This document shows, one piece after another, positions 1 through 7,670 of a stretch of 28,674 nt of DNA (its first letter is position 1; every line of letters begins with the position of its first letter). A program made the translations under genes and the position numbers. A model generated the notes under the pieces. The model worked only from the letters and a program-made list of their open reading frames with translations. It was not told the origin of the DNA and ran no database searches. This stretch comes from Fimbriimonadales bacterium (GTDB lineage Bacteria; Armatimonadota; Fimbriimonadia; Fimbriimonadales; JABRVX01). The stretch covers positions 1 to 28,674 of the forward strand of contig BTVI01000039.1 in NCBI GenBank assembly GCA_045862955.1. Direction: 5' to 3'.

Positions 1-674
1 CTGCAGGCGCAGGGCTTGCGGCCAGCGACCCCGTGCTTCGACAAGCTCAGCATGACGGGGTCGGGTGTGCGTGGGAACGTGGCGCTCCAACACGGAAGGG
101 AGCGGCGTCCGGTCGCATGCTTCAACAGGCTCAGCATGACGGGGTCGGGGTGTGCGTGGGAACGTGGCGCTCCAACCCGGAAGGGAGCGGCCAGCGACCC
201 CGTGCTTCGACAAGCTCAGCATGACGACCGTGACGATGGTCGGACCTGCAGGAGCCATCGCGGTAGAGGCAGCCGCGCCGCCTGCCTGGCCCAAGTGCCG
301 CCATGCCGAGCCCTTGGAAGGTGGAGCCACCGACCGAGGGCTCCGGAGGCACTAGAAGAAAGCACACGGGTCGGGTCGTGGCTAACACCCCTATAACGTC
401 ATGCTGAGCCTGTCGAAGCATGACCTCGAGCGACGCACGGATCCGTCTGTAGGCGCAGGGCTTGCGGCCAGCCACCCCATGCTTCGACAGGCTCAGCATG
501 ACGGGGTCGGGGTGTGCGTTGGGGGGCGCGGCGCTCCAACACGGAAGGGAGCGGCCAGCCACCCCATGCTTCGACAAGCTCAGCATGACGGGGTCGGGGT
601 GTGCGTGGGAACGTGGCGCTCCAACACGGAAGGGAGAGGCGTCCGGTCGCATGCTTCGACAAGCTCAGCATGAC
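1..674. repeat. REP-like palindrome array (family A, CATGCTTCGACAAGCTCAGCATGAC) with ~85-bp period and a higher-order duplication
   Basis: 25-mer copies at 32-56, 116-140, 201-225, 478-502, 565-589 and 650-674, plus an inverted copy at 398-422. The linkers are near-identical (GGGGTCGGG(G)TGTGCGTGGGAACGTGGCGCTCCAACACGGAAGGGAG...). Block 1-225 resembles 447-674. Confidence 0.9.
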
Positions 675-727
675 GGAGACGACTAACCCACCAAGGCGGG
701 CGAACGCGGCGATCGCACCACGGCGCC

Positions 728-1336
728 CTACTCACGCCGCGGCAGAACCCGAAAACTTGCCGACGCGGCCAACTCCCCTGTCCAAGCAGAGTAGAACAGC
801 TTCTTGGCCCGCTCGGACTGAAACTCCCAGTCACGATCCTCCATCAGCCAGGGTCGCTTATCTCTGGTGAATTGGTAGGTCGCTTCGATCACGTACTCCC
901 CTGGCTGAAGCGGGGCCGTGGTCATATGTGCGTAGCTTCCCTTCAGGTTCGGACTGTGTCCATGGAAGTCACGCTCTTCCGAAAACCACTCGCGGTACAC
1001 GACGATCTTTTTGCCGGGCGGCAGCGTAAGGAACCGGTCCTCGGCGACCGAGGGCCATACCATTACCTGGAGGAGCGGGCAGGTGGAACCCTTCTCGACC
1101 TCGACACGCCGACCACTTCGCGTGAGGACCGGGCGACAACCAGCCGCGACGGCCCCATCCCATATCACTCTCGCGATCACTATCGGTTTGTCAGTCAGGT
1201 TCTCTAGTGATACCACGACCCGAACCGTCTCGCCCGAGACATACGTCTCCTTGTCCGTCGTCACGGTCAGAGCTAGTGGCGACGCTGCCTGCTGCTGTGC
1301 AAGCAGCCAGAAGAAACATACGACTGGGACTGTCAT
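728..1336 (-). CDS. Hypothetical secreted protein (202 aa), probable Ig-like beta-sandwich
   Basis: ATG with GGGAGG SD upstream. Hydrophobic N-terminus ending QQQAA. Beta-sandwich-like segments 'LTVTTDKETYVSGETVRVVVSLEN' and 'LQPGEYVIEATY'. Confidence 0.7.
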   Translation of the reverse strand: MTVPVVCFFWLLAQQQAASPLALTVTTDKETYVSGETVRVVVSLENLTDKPIVIARVIWDGAVAAGCRPVLTRSGRRVEVEKGSTCPLLQVMVWPSVAEDRFLTLPPGKKIVVYREWFSEERDFHGHSPNLKGSYAHMTTAPLQPGEYVIEATYQFTRDKRPWLMEDRDWEFQSERAKKLFYSAWTGELAASASFRVLPRRE

Positions 1337-1501
1337 GATGCTTGCCTCCCACGCGGCCTCCAGGCCGCTATGTATAGTACTTGCGAGTCGCCGCGCTAGT
1401 TGCCGATGGCGCAGTGCCGACGCCGGGAGTACGGGTAGTGGATGCCCGCCGAGGCGAGAAACCAGGTGCCCCCAAAACCCGTCGCCATTCGGACGGTGCT
1501 G

Positions 1502-1830
1502 GTCATTCCCGCGCAGGGGCTTGCCGAAGCAGCCTCTCTCTGCACCGAAACCGAGGTGCCGACTCCGTGCCCCGGCGCGGTCCTTGAGTTGGCATCATTC
1601 CCTCGGTGCTGCCAACCGACGGACGCGGGCCGGGGCATGGAGGCTCATCACAGTCATTCCCGCGCAGGGGCTTGCCGAAGCAGCCTCTCTCTGCACCGAA
1701 ACCGAGGTGCCAAATCCGTGCCTCGGCGCGGTCGTTGAGTTGGCATCATTCCCTCGGTGCTGCCAACCGGCGGACGCGGGCCGGGGCATGGAGGCTCATC
1801 ACAGTCATTCCCGTGAAGGCGGGAGTCTAG
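1502..1830. repeat. 151-bp tandem direct repeat (2 units plus the start of a third) built from GTCATTCCCG-type REP heads and a 72-bp hairpin (family B)
   Basis: Units start at 1502, 1653 and 1804 (GTCATTCCCG...). Family B hairpins GTGCC(C/T)CGGCGCGGTC...GGACGCGGGCCGGGGCAT lie at 1567-1638 and 1718-1789. 1804-1830 is GTCATTCCCGTGAAGGCGGGAGTCTAG, an ATTCCC-N8-GGGA(A/G)T palindrome. Confidence 0.9.
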
Positions 1831-1939
1831 TGCTCCTCCCGACTTCCCTCGGACCGTGCCCGCCGCTGAGGACCACCCGTTCGCGCACTGTGAACACGAA
1901 CACCACGCCGGGGCACACTCCATCGGCAAGGCAGGATGC

Positions 1940-2515
1940 CTACCGCCCCGGCCAGCCGCCGCCGGTCCACACGGGCAAGAAGGCGCCATAGCCCATCCAC
2001 CCCAAGAACCCCTGCGCGCCGTACATCATCCAGCGCCCGCCGCCGAAGATGTAGCCGTCTGGCGGCCGGTTCATCGGCCCCAGCCACGTGTCGCGCCGAT
2101 AGCCCATCAGCAGCATCAGCACCACCGAGGCGGGGACGTTATGTACCTTGATCTTCACCACACGCTCGCCGGACGCGAGGGGTGGCTCTTCGGGGGCTTG
2201 GACGATCGGTGGCGGGTCGGCGGGCGCGGGGCCGATGACGTATACACCCGCCTCCACGCTGTAAGTGAGCTTCAGCTGCCGCAGCACCAGACGCAAGGCC
2301 GTCTCGAAGGGTACGTCCTTCACCCTGACAGTGACTTCGCCCTGCACCGAGGCGTCCAGGGTGTACTGCAGCCCCGCCTGCTGAAAGAGACTGTCCAGCA
2401 CCTGCCGCACCGGCACCCCCTCCGCCTCCAAGGACACGGAGCCGGGCGTCTGTCCCCGCGCAGAGAGGGCCACCAATGCTGCGAGCACTACTATAGCCGT
2501 AACAATCACCTTCAT
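1940..2515 (-). CDS. Secreted STN (secretin/TonB short N-terminal) domain protein, stand-alone (191 aa)
   Basis: Start reassigned to ATG 2515, giving signal peptide MKVIVTAIVVLAALVALSARG, 38 bp after the helicase stop. 'VSLEAEGVPVRQVLDSLFQQAGLQYTLDASVQGEVTVRVKDVPFETALRLVL' is an STN-like pattern, followed by a Pro-rich linker and a Gly/aromatic-rich tail. Confidence 0.75.
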   Translation of the reverse strand: MKVIVTAIVVLAALVALSARGQTPGSVSLEAEGVPVRQVLDSLFQQAGLQYTLDASVQGEVTVRVKDVPFETALRLVLRQLKLTYSVEAGVYVIGPAPADPPPIVQAPEEPPLASGERVVKIKVHNVPASVVLMLLMGYRRDTWLGPMNRPPDGYIFGGGRWMMYGAQGFLGWMGYGAFLPVWTGGGWPGR

Positions 2516-2552
2516 CTGCAGCGCCCTCAGCAGTCCGACGCCCCAGCCCGAT

Positions 2553-4742
2553 TCAGGTTTCATCCAGCCCATCAGATGCTCCAGTATCCTCTGGCGAATC
2601 AGTGTTGTTCTGGTCTTCACCCGCTAACGCCTCGAGTTCCGCTTTGCCCCACAGTACGATCCCGTTGTCATGGGCAAAGGCAATCGCGTCAGCGGTGAAG
2701 CCCGCTGGGCACGCGACGACAGGCGTGGTGCCGGCCAGCCTTTCTGGTATGGTACCGCGGAGTTCTCGAACGACGGCGACACCCACCGGTTGTGATAGGT
2801 TCTTGCACTGTATCATCAGCCTTGTCACAACACCTATTGCGTCGGAGCGCTCTGCTACGATGTCGATCCCACCGTCTCGCGACCGAGGCGTTAGGGTCAC
2901 ATTGAGGCCCTGCTCGCGCAGTCGCTCGGCTAGCCAATCCTCGAACTGCTCACCAGCCTGGTAGTGCCGAACGCGCTTCACCCGTGTTGGTGCCTCCAGA
3001 CCAAACAGCCCGAAGAGCTCACTTTCACTCAGTGCCGCAGTTAGCTCCATAGACGTATCATCAACGATCTCCTGGAAGAGCCGGCGCTTCTCCCTGAGCT
3101 TCGCCTCGATTCGCTCCTCGATCGTGTCGACACACACGTACTTGATTGCGGTCACGGGGTAGGTCTGACCCATACGGTGCGCACGGCCTTCCGCCTGATC
3201 CTCGACCGCAGGATTCCACCATCGGTCAAAGTGAAAGACGTATGAGGCAGTCTGAAGATTGAGTCCGAAACCACCGGCCCGCAGCGAAAGGATGAACAGC
3301 TTATGCCGGTCGTCTCGCAGGAACGCTTCGACCGCACGGCTCTTCTCTGCTGCCGACATGGCACCAGTGTACGTCAGGGGGTCGAATGCACTGAGACGCG
3401 CCGATAGCAACCCGACGCCGTAGCGCTCATCTGTGAACTGCGAGAACAGCAAGGCACGGTGCCCCTCACTACACAAGATCTCAAGCCGCTGTGCTATGTC
3501 CTCCAACTTGGCGGACTGGCCGGAGGATGGATCGCAGTTGCAGATCTGCTTCAGGTGGGTGATCAGCTCTAGTACGTGCGTAACGGTGACAGCGGCGTTC
3601 TCGCGAAGCCGAACAACGCCTTCTCGCTCTGCCAGATCGTATGTCCTCCTTTGTTCGGGTAGCAGCGCAATCGGCACTTCCACCACCGTCTTTGGTGGAA
3701 GGTCCTGCAAGACGTCTGCCTTTCTTCGTCGTAACTGCACGGCTGACAGAGTTTCTCGGACATCGTGCGCCACCACAGCATGAGCAGAGCGCCGCCCTGG
3801 GTCGGCGAGCAGGAAGTCCAGAATAGAGTGAAGGTCATCTACACGGTTCTCGAGGGGTGTGCCTGTGAGCGCCCACCGCCGATGCCGGGGAATGCGCTTG
3901 CATGCGATTGAGACGCGTGCCTCCCTGTTCTTGATCTTCGATGCCTCGTCTAGCACTACGACATCCCACGGTTCGCGTAGCACCGGGCTATTGTCCAGGC
4001 CAATAACATCCTCGCGCACGGTCTCGTACCCGGCAAGCTTGACGTGTGCAGGCAGTCGCCAAAGGGTGCCTCGCGCTGATGGGTCGCCCCGCACCGGCAC
4101 GACGGTAAGGTCGGGGGCCCAGAGACTGAATTCTCGAGTCCACTGCCCCAGTAGACCTGCTGGCGCAATCACGAGTGCGCGTTCGACCTCCTGCCTGTAG
4201 AAGAGTATCCTGAGCGCTGCTATCGCCTGAATCGTCTTCCCCAGTCCCATGTCATCGGCTAGCAGGAGCTCCCGCCTCTCTAGCAAAGCTTGCACCCCAT
4301 CAAGTTGATAGGATAGCAGAGGTGCGGGCCAATCTAACACTCCTGACGGAGCCAGAAGCGCATGGAGAGGCGGCTGGAGGATGGCTGCGAGTCTTCGCTC
4401 AAAGTCAAGCATCGACTCGTCGCCGCCAGGATGCTGTGGCTCTATGCGCACATCACCCTGAATGGAGTGTGTGATGGGCGTCCGCTCGCTGCAGGTTAGG
4501 TCGAAGCGGCCGATGCGGTGGCTGGTAGCGGAAGAAGCCGATAGCAGGTCCAGCCCTATGCGCGAAGCCGGACCGCATGGCTTCATGGCGGGGACCAATA
4601 TGGTTGGGGTGGGCAGACTGGATACGTCGCAGCGGGCACTCACACTAATTGGCTCAGACGGACCTGGACGCCAGTCTCGGATGAGCCCAAGAAGCGTCCA
4701 ACGGGGCTTGACATTGAGTGACGGTCGCTCCGCGGGTATCAC
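2553..4742 (-). CDS. SNF2-family (SF2) helicase/translocase fused to C-terminal Mrr-like restriction endonuclease domain (729 aa)
   Basis: SNF2 motifs: YQLDGV, LLADDMGLGKTIQ, VVLDEAS, ALTGTPLEN, LLFSQF, SLRAGGFGLNL, DRWWNPAVEDQAEGRAHRMGQ. C-terminal GEQFEDWLAERL...RDGGIDIV...IQCKN is the Mrr_cat D..QxK signature. GTG start overlaps the upstream TGA (GTGA). Confidence 0.92.
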   Translation of the reverse strand: MIPAERPSLNVKPRWTLLGLIRDWRPGPSEPISVSARCDVSSLPTPTILVPAMKPCGPASRIGLDLLSASSATSHRIGRFDLTCSERTPITHSIQGDVRIEPQHPGGDESMLDFERRLAAILQPPLHALLAPSGVLDWPAPLLSYQLDGVQALLERRELLLADDMGLGKTIQAIAALRILFYRQEVERALVIAPAGLLGQWTREFSLWAPDLTVVPVRGDPSARGTLWRLPAHVKLAGYETVREDVIGLDNSPVLREPWDVVVLDEASKIKNREARVSIACKRIPRHRRWALTGTPLENRVDDLHSILDFLLADPGRRSAHAVVAHDVRETLSAVQLRRRKADVLQDLPPKTVVEVPIALLPEQRRTYDLAEREGVVRLRENAAVTVTHVLELITHLKQICNCDPSSGQSAKLEDIAQRLEILCSEGHRALLFSQFTDERYGVGLLSARLSAFDPLTYTGAMSAAEKSRAVEAFLRDDRHKLFILSLRAGGFGLNLQTASYVFHFDRWWNPAVEDQAEGRAHRMGQTYPVTAIKYVCVDTIEERIEAKLREKRRLFQEIVDDTSMELTAALSESELFGLFGLEAPTRVKRVRHYQAGEQFEDWLAERLREQGLNVTLTPRSRDGGIDIVAERSDAIGVVTRLMIQCKNLSQPVGVAVVRELRGTIPERLAGTTPVVACPAGFTADAIAFAHDNGIVLWGKAELEALAGEDQNNTDSPEDTGASDGLDET

Positions 4743-5257
4743 GTCTCTGGTTGCGCAGTGCCGTAGGTCTCTGCAAGAGCGCGGCGTACTCGCTCAAAGG
4801 GCTCGCGCAGGAATCCTCGTTCGACGAGCTCACGCAACAGCAGGGTTGCCGGAGCGCCTTGGGATGGAGCATCGTTGACCCAGGCGAACTCGTTCACCCC
4901 TGATGACTCAGGCGGCGAGACCACGCAGGTTGGGATCAACGGCGCGACGTTCGTCCGCACATACTGCGGGGTTCCCAAGCCTTCCTCAACCACTAACAGG
5001 TCCGGCTCAGCGCGGCACGCCTCAAACAACGAGTGAGCCAGCGCGGCAGATCCTGCAGCCTCCACACCCGGTTCAGGCCACAGCAGACCGCTTGGCACCT
5101 CGATGGAATTATGAACGAACTCCACCGGCTGGCCGCGTCCATCAATCACCAACAGTCCAGCCAACAACTCCTTAGCAGATCTGCCAACGGTGACTAGGAG
5201 GTAGGCTGCTAGCGGCGCTGCGGTTGTGTGTGGTATGCGGTGATAAGGAATGGGCAC
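4739..5257 (-). CDS. Hypothetical protein (172 aa), possible RNase H-like/EndoV-like fold
   Basis: GTG start 6 nt after the upstream stop, and its stop overlaps the helicase start. Alternating beta/alpha pattern with 'LLAGLLVIDGRGQPVEF', 'PDLLVVEEGLG' and 'LREPFERV'. The fold call is inference. Confidence 0.75.
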   Translation of the reverse strand: MPIPYHRIPHTTAAPLAAYLLVTVGRSAKELLAGLLVIDGRGQPVEFVHNSIEVPSGLLWPEPGVEAAGSAALAHSLFEACRAEPDLLVVEEGLGTPQYVRTNVAPLIPTCVVSPPESSGVNEFAWVNDAPSQGAPATLLLRELVERGFLREPFERVRRALAETYGTAQPET

Positions 5258-5263
5258 TAAGTC

Positions 5264-6493
5264 TCACTCCGCCGAGGCTTCGTCGTCGTCGGATACGATT
5301 TCATCCTCTGAAAGCTCCCTGGTGTCCATGACAATCCCTTCATCCACGACCTCTCCGGCCGATCCGTAGAGCCTCTTAAGATCCCACTCTGTGATCCAGC
5401 GGCGAACCTGTGAGCGAACCGAGATGAAACCACCCTCCTGAGGCATGTGACGTGAGTCCCCCTCTTGCCAGTCATAGGCTTTGCAGTACAACTGATGCAG
5501 CGAGTACAGCGTCCGCTGGAGCTGGTCTGCAGTAGGATTGATCAATGGCACTCGCTCCTTCGCCAAGAGCTCGAGCCCAACTCGCGCGAAGTCTTGTTGC
5601 TCGGCGAAAAGCCCACCCATCGTGTCATCCAAGTGCAGGTGGTCCTGATACTTACGCCATATGTCGTCGACGGCCCCTGGCGTGAAGGCGAAGATAGGAT
5701 ACACTCCTATCCCTTGGCGTGCCAGTTGTGCCCACCATCCAATAGCCCAATAGGCCTCGAGCCGCTGCTTGCGAGGAAACCACACTAGTCTCTCCATCTC
5801 ATCGAAAAGCACCACCCAGCCTTTGCAGTCACAAGCTCGGTACAACTGAGATAGAATGACAAGGCGCTCGGGCGCGAGATGTTTGTTCTTCGGATGACTC
5901 AGGTCGTAGCCTTGGAGCTGCCCAATCTTTTTCAGCTTGGACCGAATCTCGGTCTTCTTCATCGGTTTGCCCTCAAAGTCTGCGAGGATCTTGCTTTGGA
6001 ATTCGGGATCGCTGCTGAACTCCTCATACAGTTGCAGCATCGCCACGAAACGCTCATGTATGTCGCTCCTTGCACTCGCCCACCGGCGCACCTCGCCGAA
6101 GCCGGCTGACTTCGCCCCGTACTTCGCCATCAGTTCTCTCAACGCCTGGCCCGTATAGCCTGGGGCCCTGGCAGTCTCTGCCAGGGCCTTTAGAACTACA
6201 TGAAGATTGCCTGGAGGTGTCTCGGGGCTTGCTACTACATAGCTGGTGACATACCCCCTATCCTGTGCCGTAGCTGCGATGTGGTTCAGCATGTGAGTTT
6301 TGCCTGAACCAAAACCACCTACTATCACCAGAGGGGCGACTGCCTCTCCGGCTGCGCACTTACCCAGGTCAGTGAGCACCCGCGCCTCGATCTCCACCTG
6401 GGACGTGCCGAGGGTGCTCGCGACGCTCGGTGTCGCGATGCCCGCACGGAGCGCCTCTATCGCTCTTCGAGCAAGCAGCCTCTCAGTTGTCAT
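5264..6493 (-). CDS. DUF2791 / BrxD-like P-loop ATPase (409 aa), intact motifs
   Basis: Start reassigned to ATG 6493 (ATGA overlap with the upstream stop; SD GAAGGAGG). N-terminal 'ARRAIEALRAGI', Walker A GGFGSGKTH (6296-6319), 'GYVTSYV' and Walker B 'GWVVLFDEME' are typical of DUF2791/BrxD. Confidence 0.85.
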   Translation of the reverse strand: MTTERLLARRAIEALRAGIATPSVASTLGTSQVEIEARVLTDLGKCAAGEAVAPLVIVGGFGSGKTHMLNHIAATAQDRGYVTSYVVASPETPPGNLHVVLKALAETARAPGYTGQALRELMAKYGAKSAGFGEVRRWASARSDIHERFVAMLQLYEEFSSDPEFQSKILADFEGKPMKKTEIRSKLKKIGQLQGYDLSHPKNKHLAPERLVILSQLYRACDCKGWVVLFDEMERLVWFPRKQRLEAYWAIGWWAQLARQGIGVYPIFAFTPGAVDDIWRKYQDHLHLDDTMGGLFAEQQDFARVGLELLAKERVPLINPTADQLQRTLYSLHQLYCKAYDWQEGDSRHMPQEGGFISVRSQVRRWITEWDLKRLYGSAGEVVDEGIVMDTRELSEDEIVSDDDEASAE

Positions 6494-7653
6494 AGGTCCT
6501 CCTTCAGGTGGCAAAGGATGCCTTCTGGGTTCCCTCTCTCGCCGCGTACCTCGTTCGCGATACGAGTTTGGAGCGCATCGTAGTCGCGATAGTTGCGAGG
6601 AGCAGCAGTATCGTAGTACCCTTCGGTAGTAAGTACGACAAGAAAGAGGCGACTGAAGAGCTCGATCTCGTCTAGGAACGCTCTTAGGAGATGCACCATG
6701 TGCATGTATGCCATGCCACTGTACGCCACTTCAGGTAGTTGGAACTTCTGGGTAATTGGGTCCTCGGTGCTAGACAACCGAGCAATCATGTCTACGAGCT
6801 GATCCGGCGGCGTTCCCCTCGTTATAGCGTCCTCAAGCTTATGCCGACGCTCACGCTCCCAAGCTACCTCGAGTTGGAGTCGGCGGCTATCGATCTGAGA
6901 ACGCGAGGGCTTCTTATACTCGTACGGACGGAAGTCGAGCAGGAGCAGGAGACCGGAGTACCCAGCCTTTGGCAGCCAGTGGCAGAGAGAAACCAGCATG
7001 TGACGGGCGTTTGATCGGCTGATCCGCCCGTAGATCTGATATCCCTCAAGGACTTTGCTGTCGCCAGGCTCCGCTTTGGCACCCAAGAGCCACCGCAACA
7101 CCACATCCTCGGTTGTCGGCAGATGAGAATCAGGCACAATTCGGTGGTACCCCAGAGCCGACACCGCAGCACGAAACTCCAATGCCATCGCCCGGTCCTG
7201 AACAATGTCAGCCCGTAGAGCACGCTTAAGCTCCGTCACGAAGACCTCGTGATCGAGGTCATTTGCTCTCAGGAACTGCGTAAGATCGCCGCCGACTAAC
7301 CAGTCCGACGGGATCACATAGCCAAGCTCGTGCATCTTTGTGCGAAGATGGCGGTCGGCAAGTGACCTCCAGTCGAACGACCGGGCGACTCCAAAGAAGA
7401 CATTCTCGATCCGATGGTAGTCTGGTTTTCGTCCGTCAGGACAGAGAAGTGCCGGGTCGAGAAATACCACATGCATGTCGCGGCTGCGGGCATCCTCTTT
7501 CAACGAATTAATAACTCCGTTGATTACGGAATCCGCACCACTGACAAACCTCACTGCAGAACCACCACTGGGCACGTAATCTGCGAGGTACTCCCTGGAG
7601 ATGAGATCGAGCCATTCGGTGAGAGTGATGCGCATGGATTCGGAGATGTCCAT
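6490..7653 (-). CDS. DUF2791 / BrxD-like protein with degenerate P-loop (387 aa)
   Basis: ATG with GGAGG SD. DUF2791-like segments 'EYLADYVPSGGSAVRFVSG', 'ISRSNARHMLVSL...AGYSGLLLLLD' and 'YDALQTRIANEV'. There is no GKT/S, and Walker B lacks the Glu. Confidence 0.75.
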   Translation of the reverse strand: MDISESMRITLTEWLDLISREYLADYVPSGGSAVRFVSGADSVINGVINSLKEDARSRDMHVVFLDPALLCPDGRKPDYHRIENVFFGVARSFDWRSLADRHLRTKMHELGYVIPSDWLVGGDLTQFLRANDLDHEVFVTELKRALRADIVQDRAMALEFRAAVSALGYHRIVPDSHLPTTEDVVLRWLLGAKAEPGDSKVLEGYQIYGRISRSNARHMLVSLCHWLPKAGYSGLLLLLDFRPYEYKKPSRSQIDSRRLQLEVAWERERRHKLEDAITRGTPPDQLVDMIARLSSTEDPITQKFQLPEVAYSGMAYMHMVHLLRAFLDEIELFSRLFLVVLTTEGYYDTAAPRNYRDYDALQTRIANEVRGERGNPEGILCHLKEDL

Positions 7654-7670
7654 CCCTGCCCCCTCCAGGT

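Noticed and set aside
32..674. CRISPR array
   Set aside because: The spacers are near-identical and ~60 bp long, one repeat is inverted, the same repeat is dispersed elsewhere in the window, and there are no cas genes.
16..870. Multiple short ORFs containing MLRQAQHD / MLSLSKH / CFDKLSMT
   Set aside because: These are translations of the family A repeat in different frames, with no coding evidence.
2516..2620. Longer start (2620) for the STN protein
   Set aside because: It would overlap the helicase 3' end and bury the signal peptide; ATG 2515 fits better.
1011..2698. Long plus-strand ORFs 1011-1991 and 1856-2698
   Set aside because: They are antisense shadows of real minus-strand genes plus repeat DNA, as expected at high GC.
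5264..7653. Canonical BREX or Shango system call
   Set aside because: There is no PglX/PglZ/BrxC/PglW and no TerB-domain protein, and the helicase is SNF2-Mrr rather than Lhr/BrxHI-like. Only the DUF2791 component is shared.
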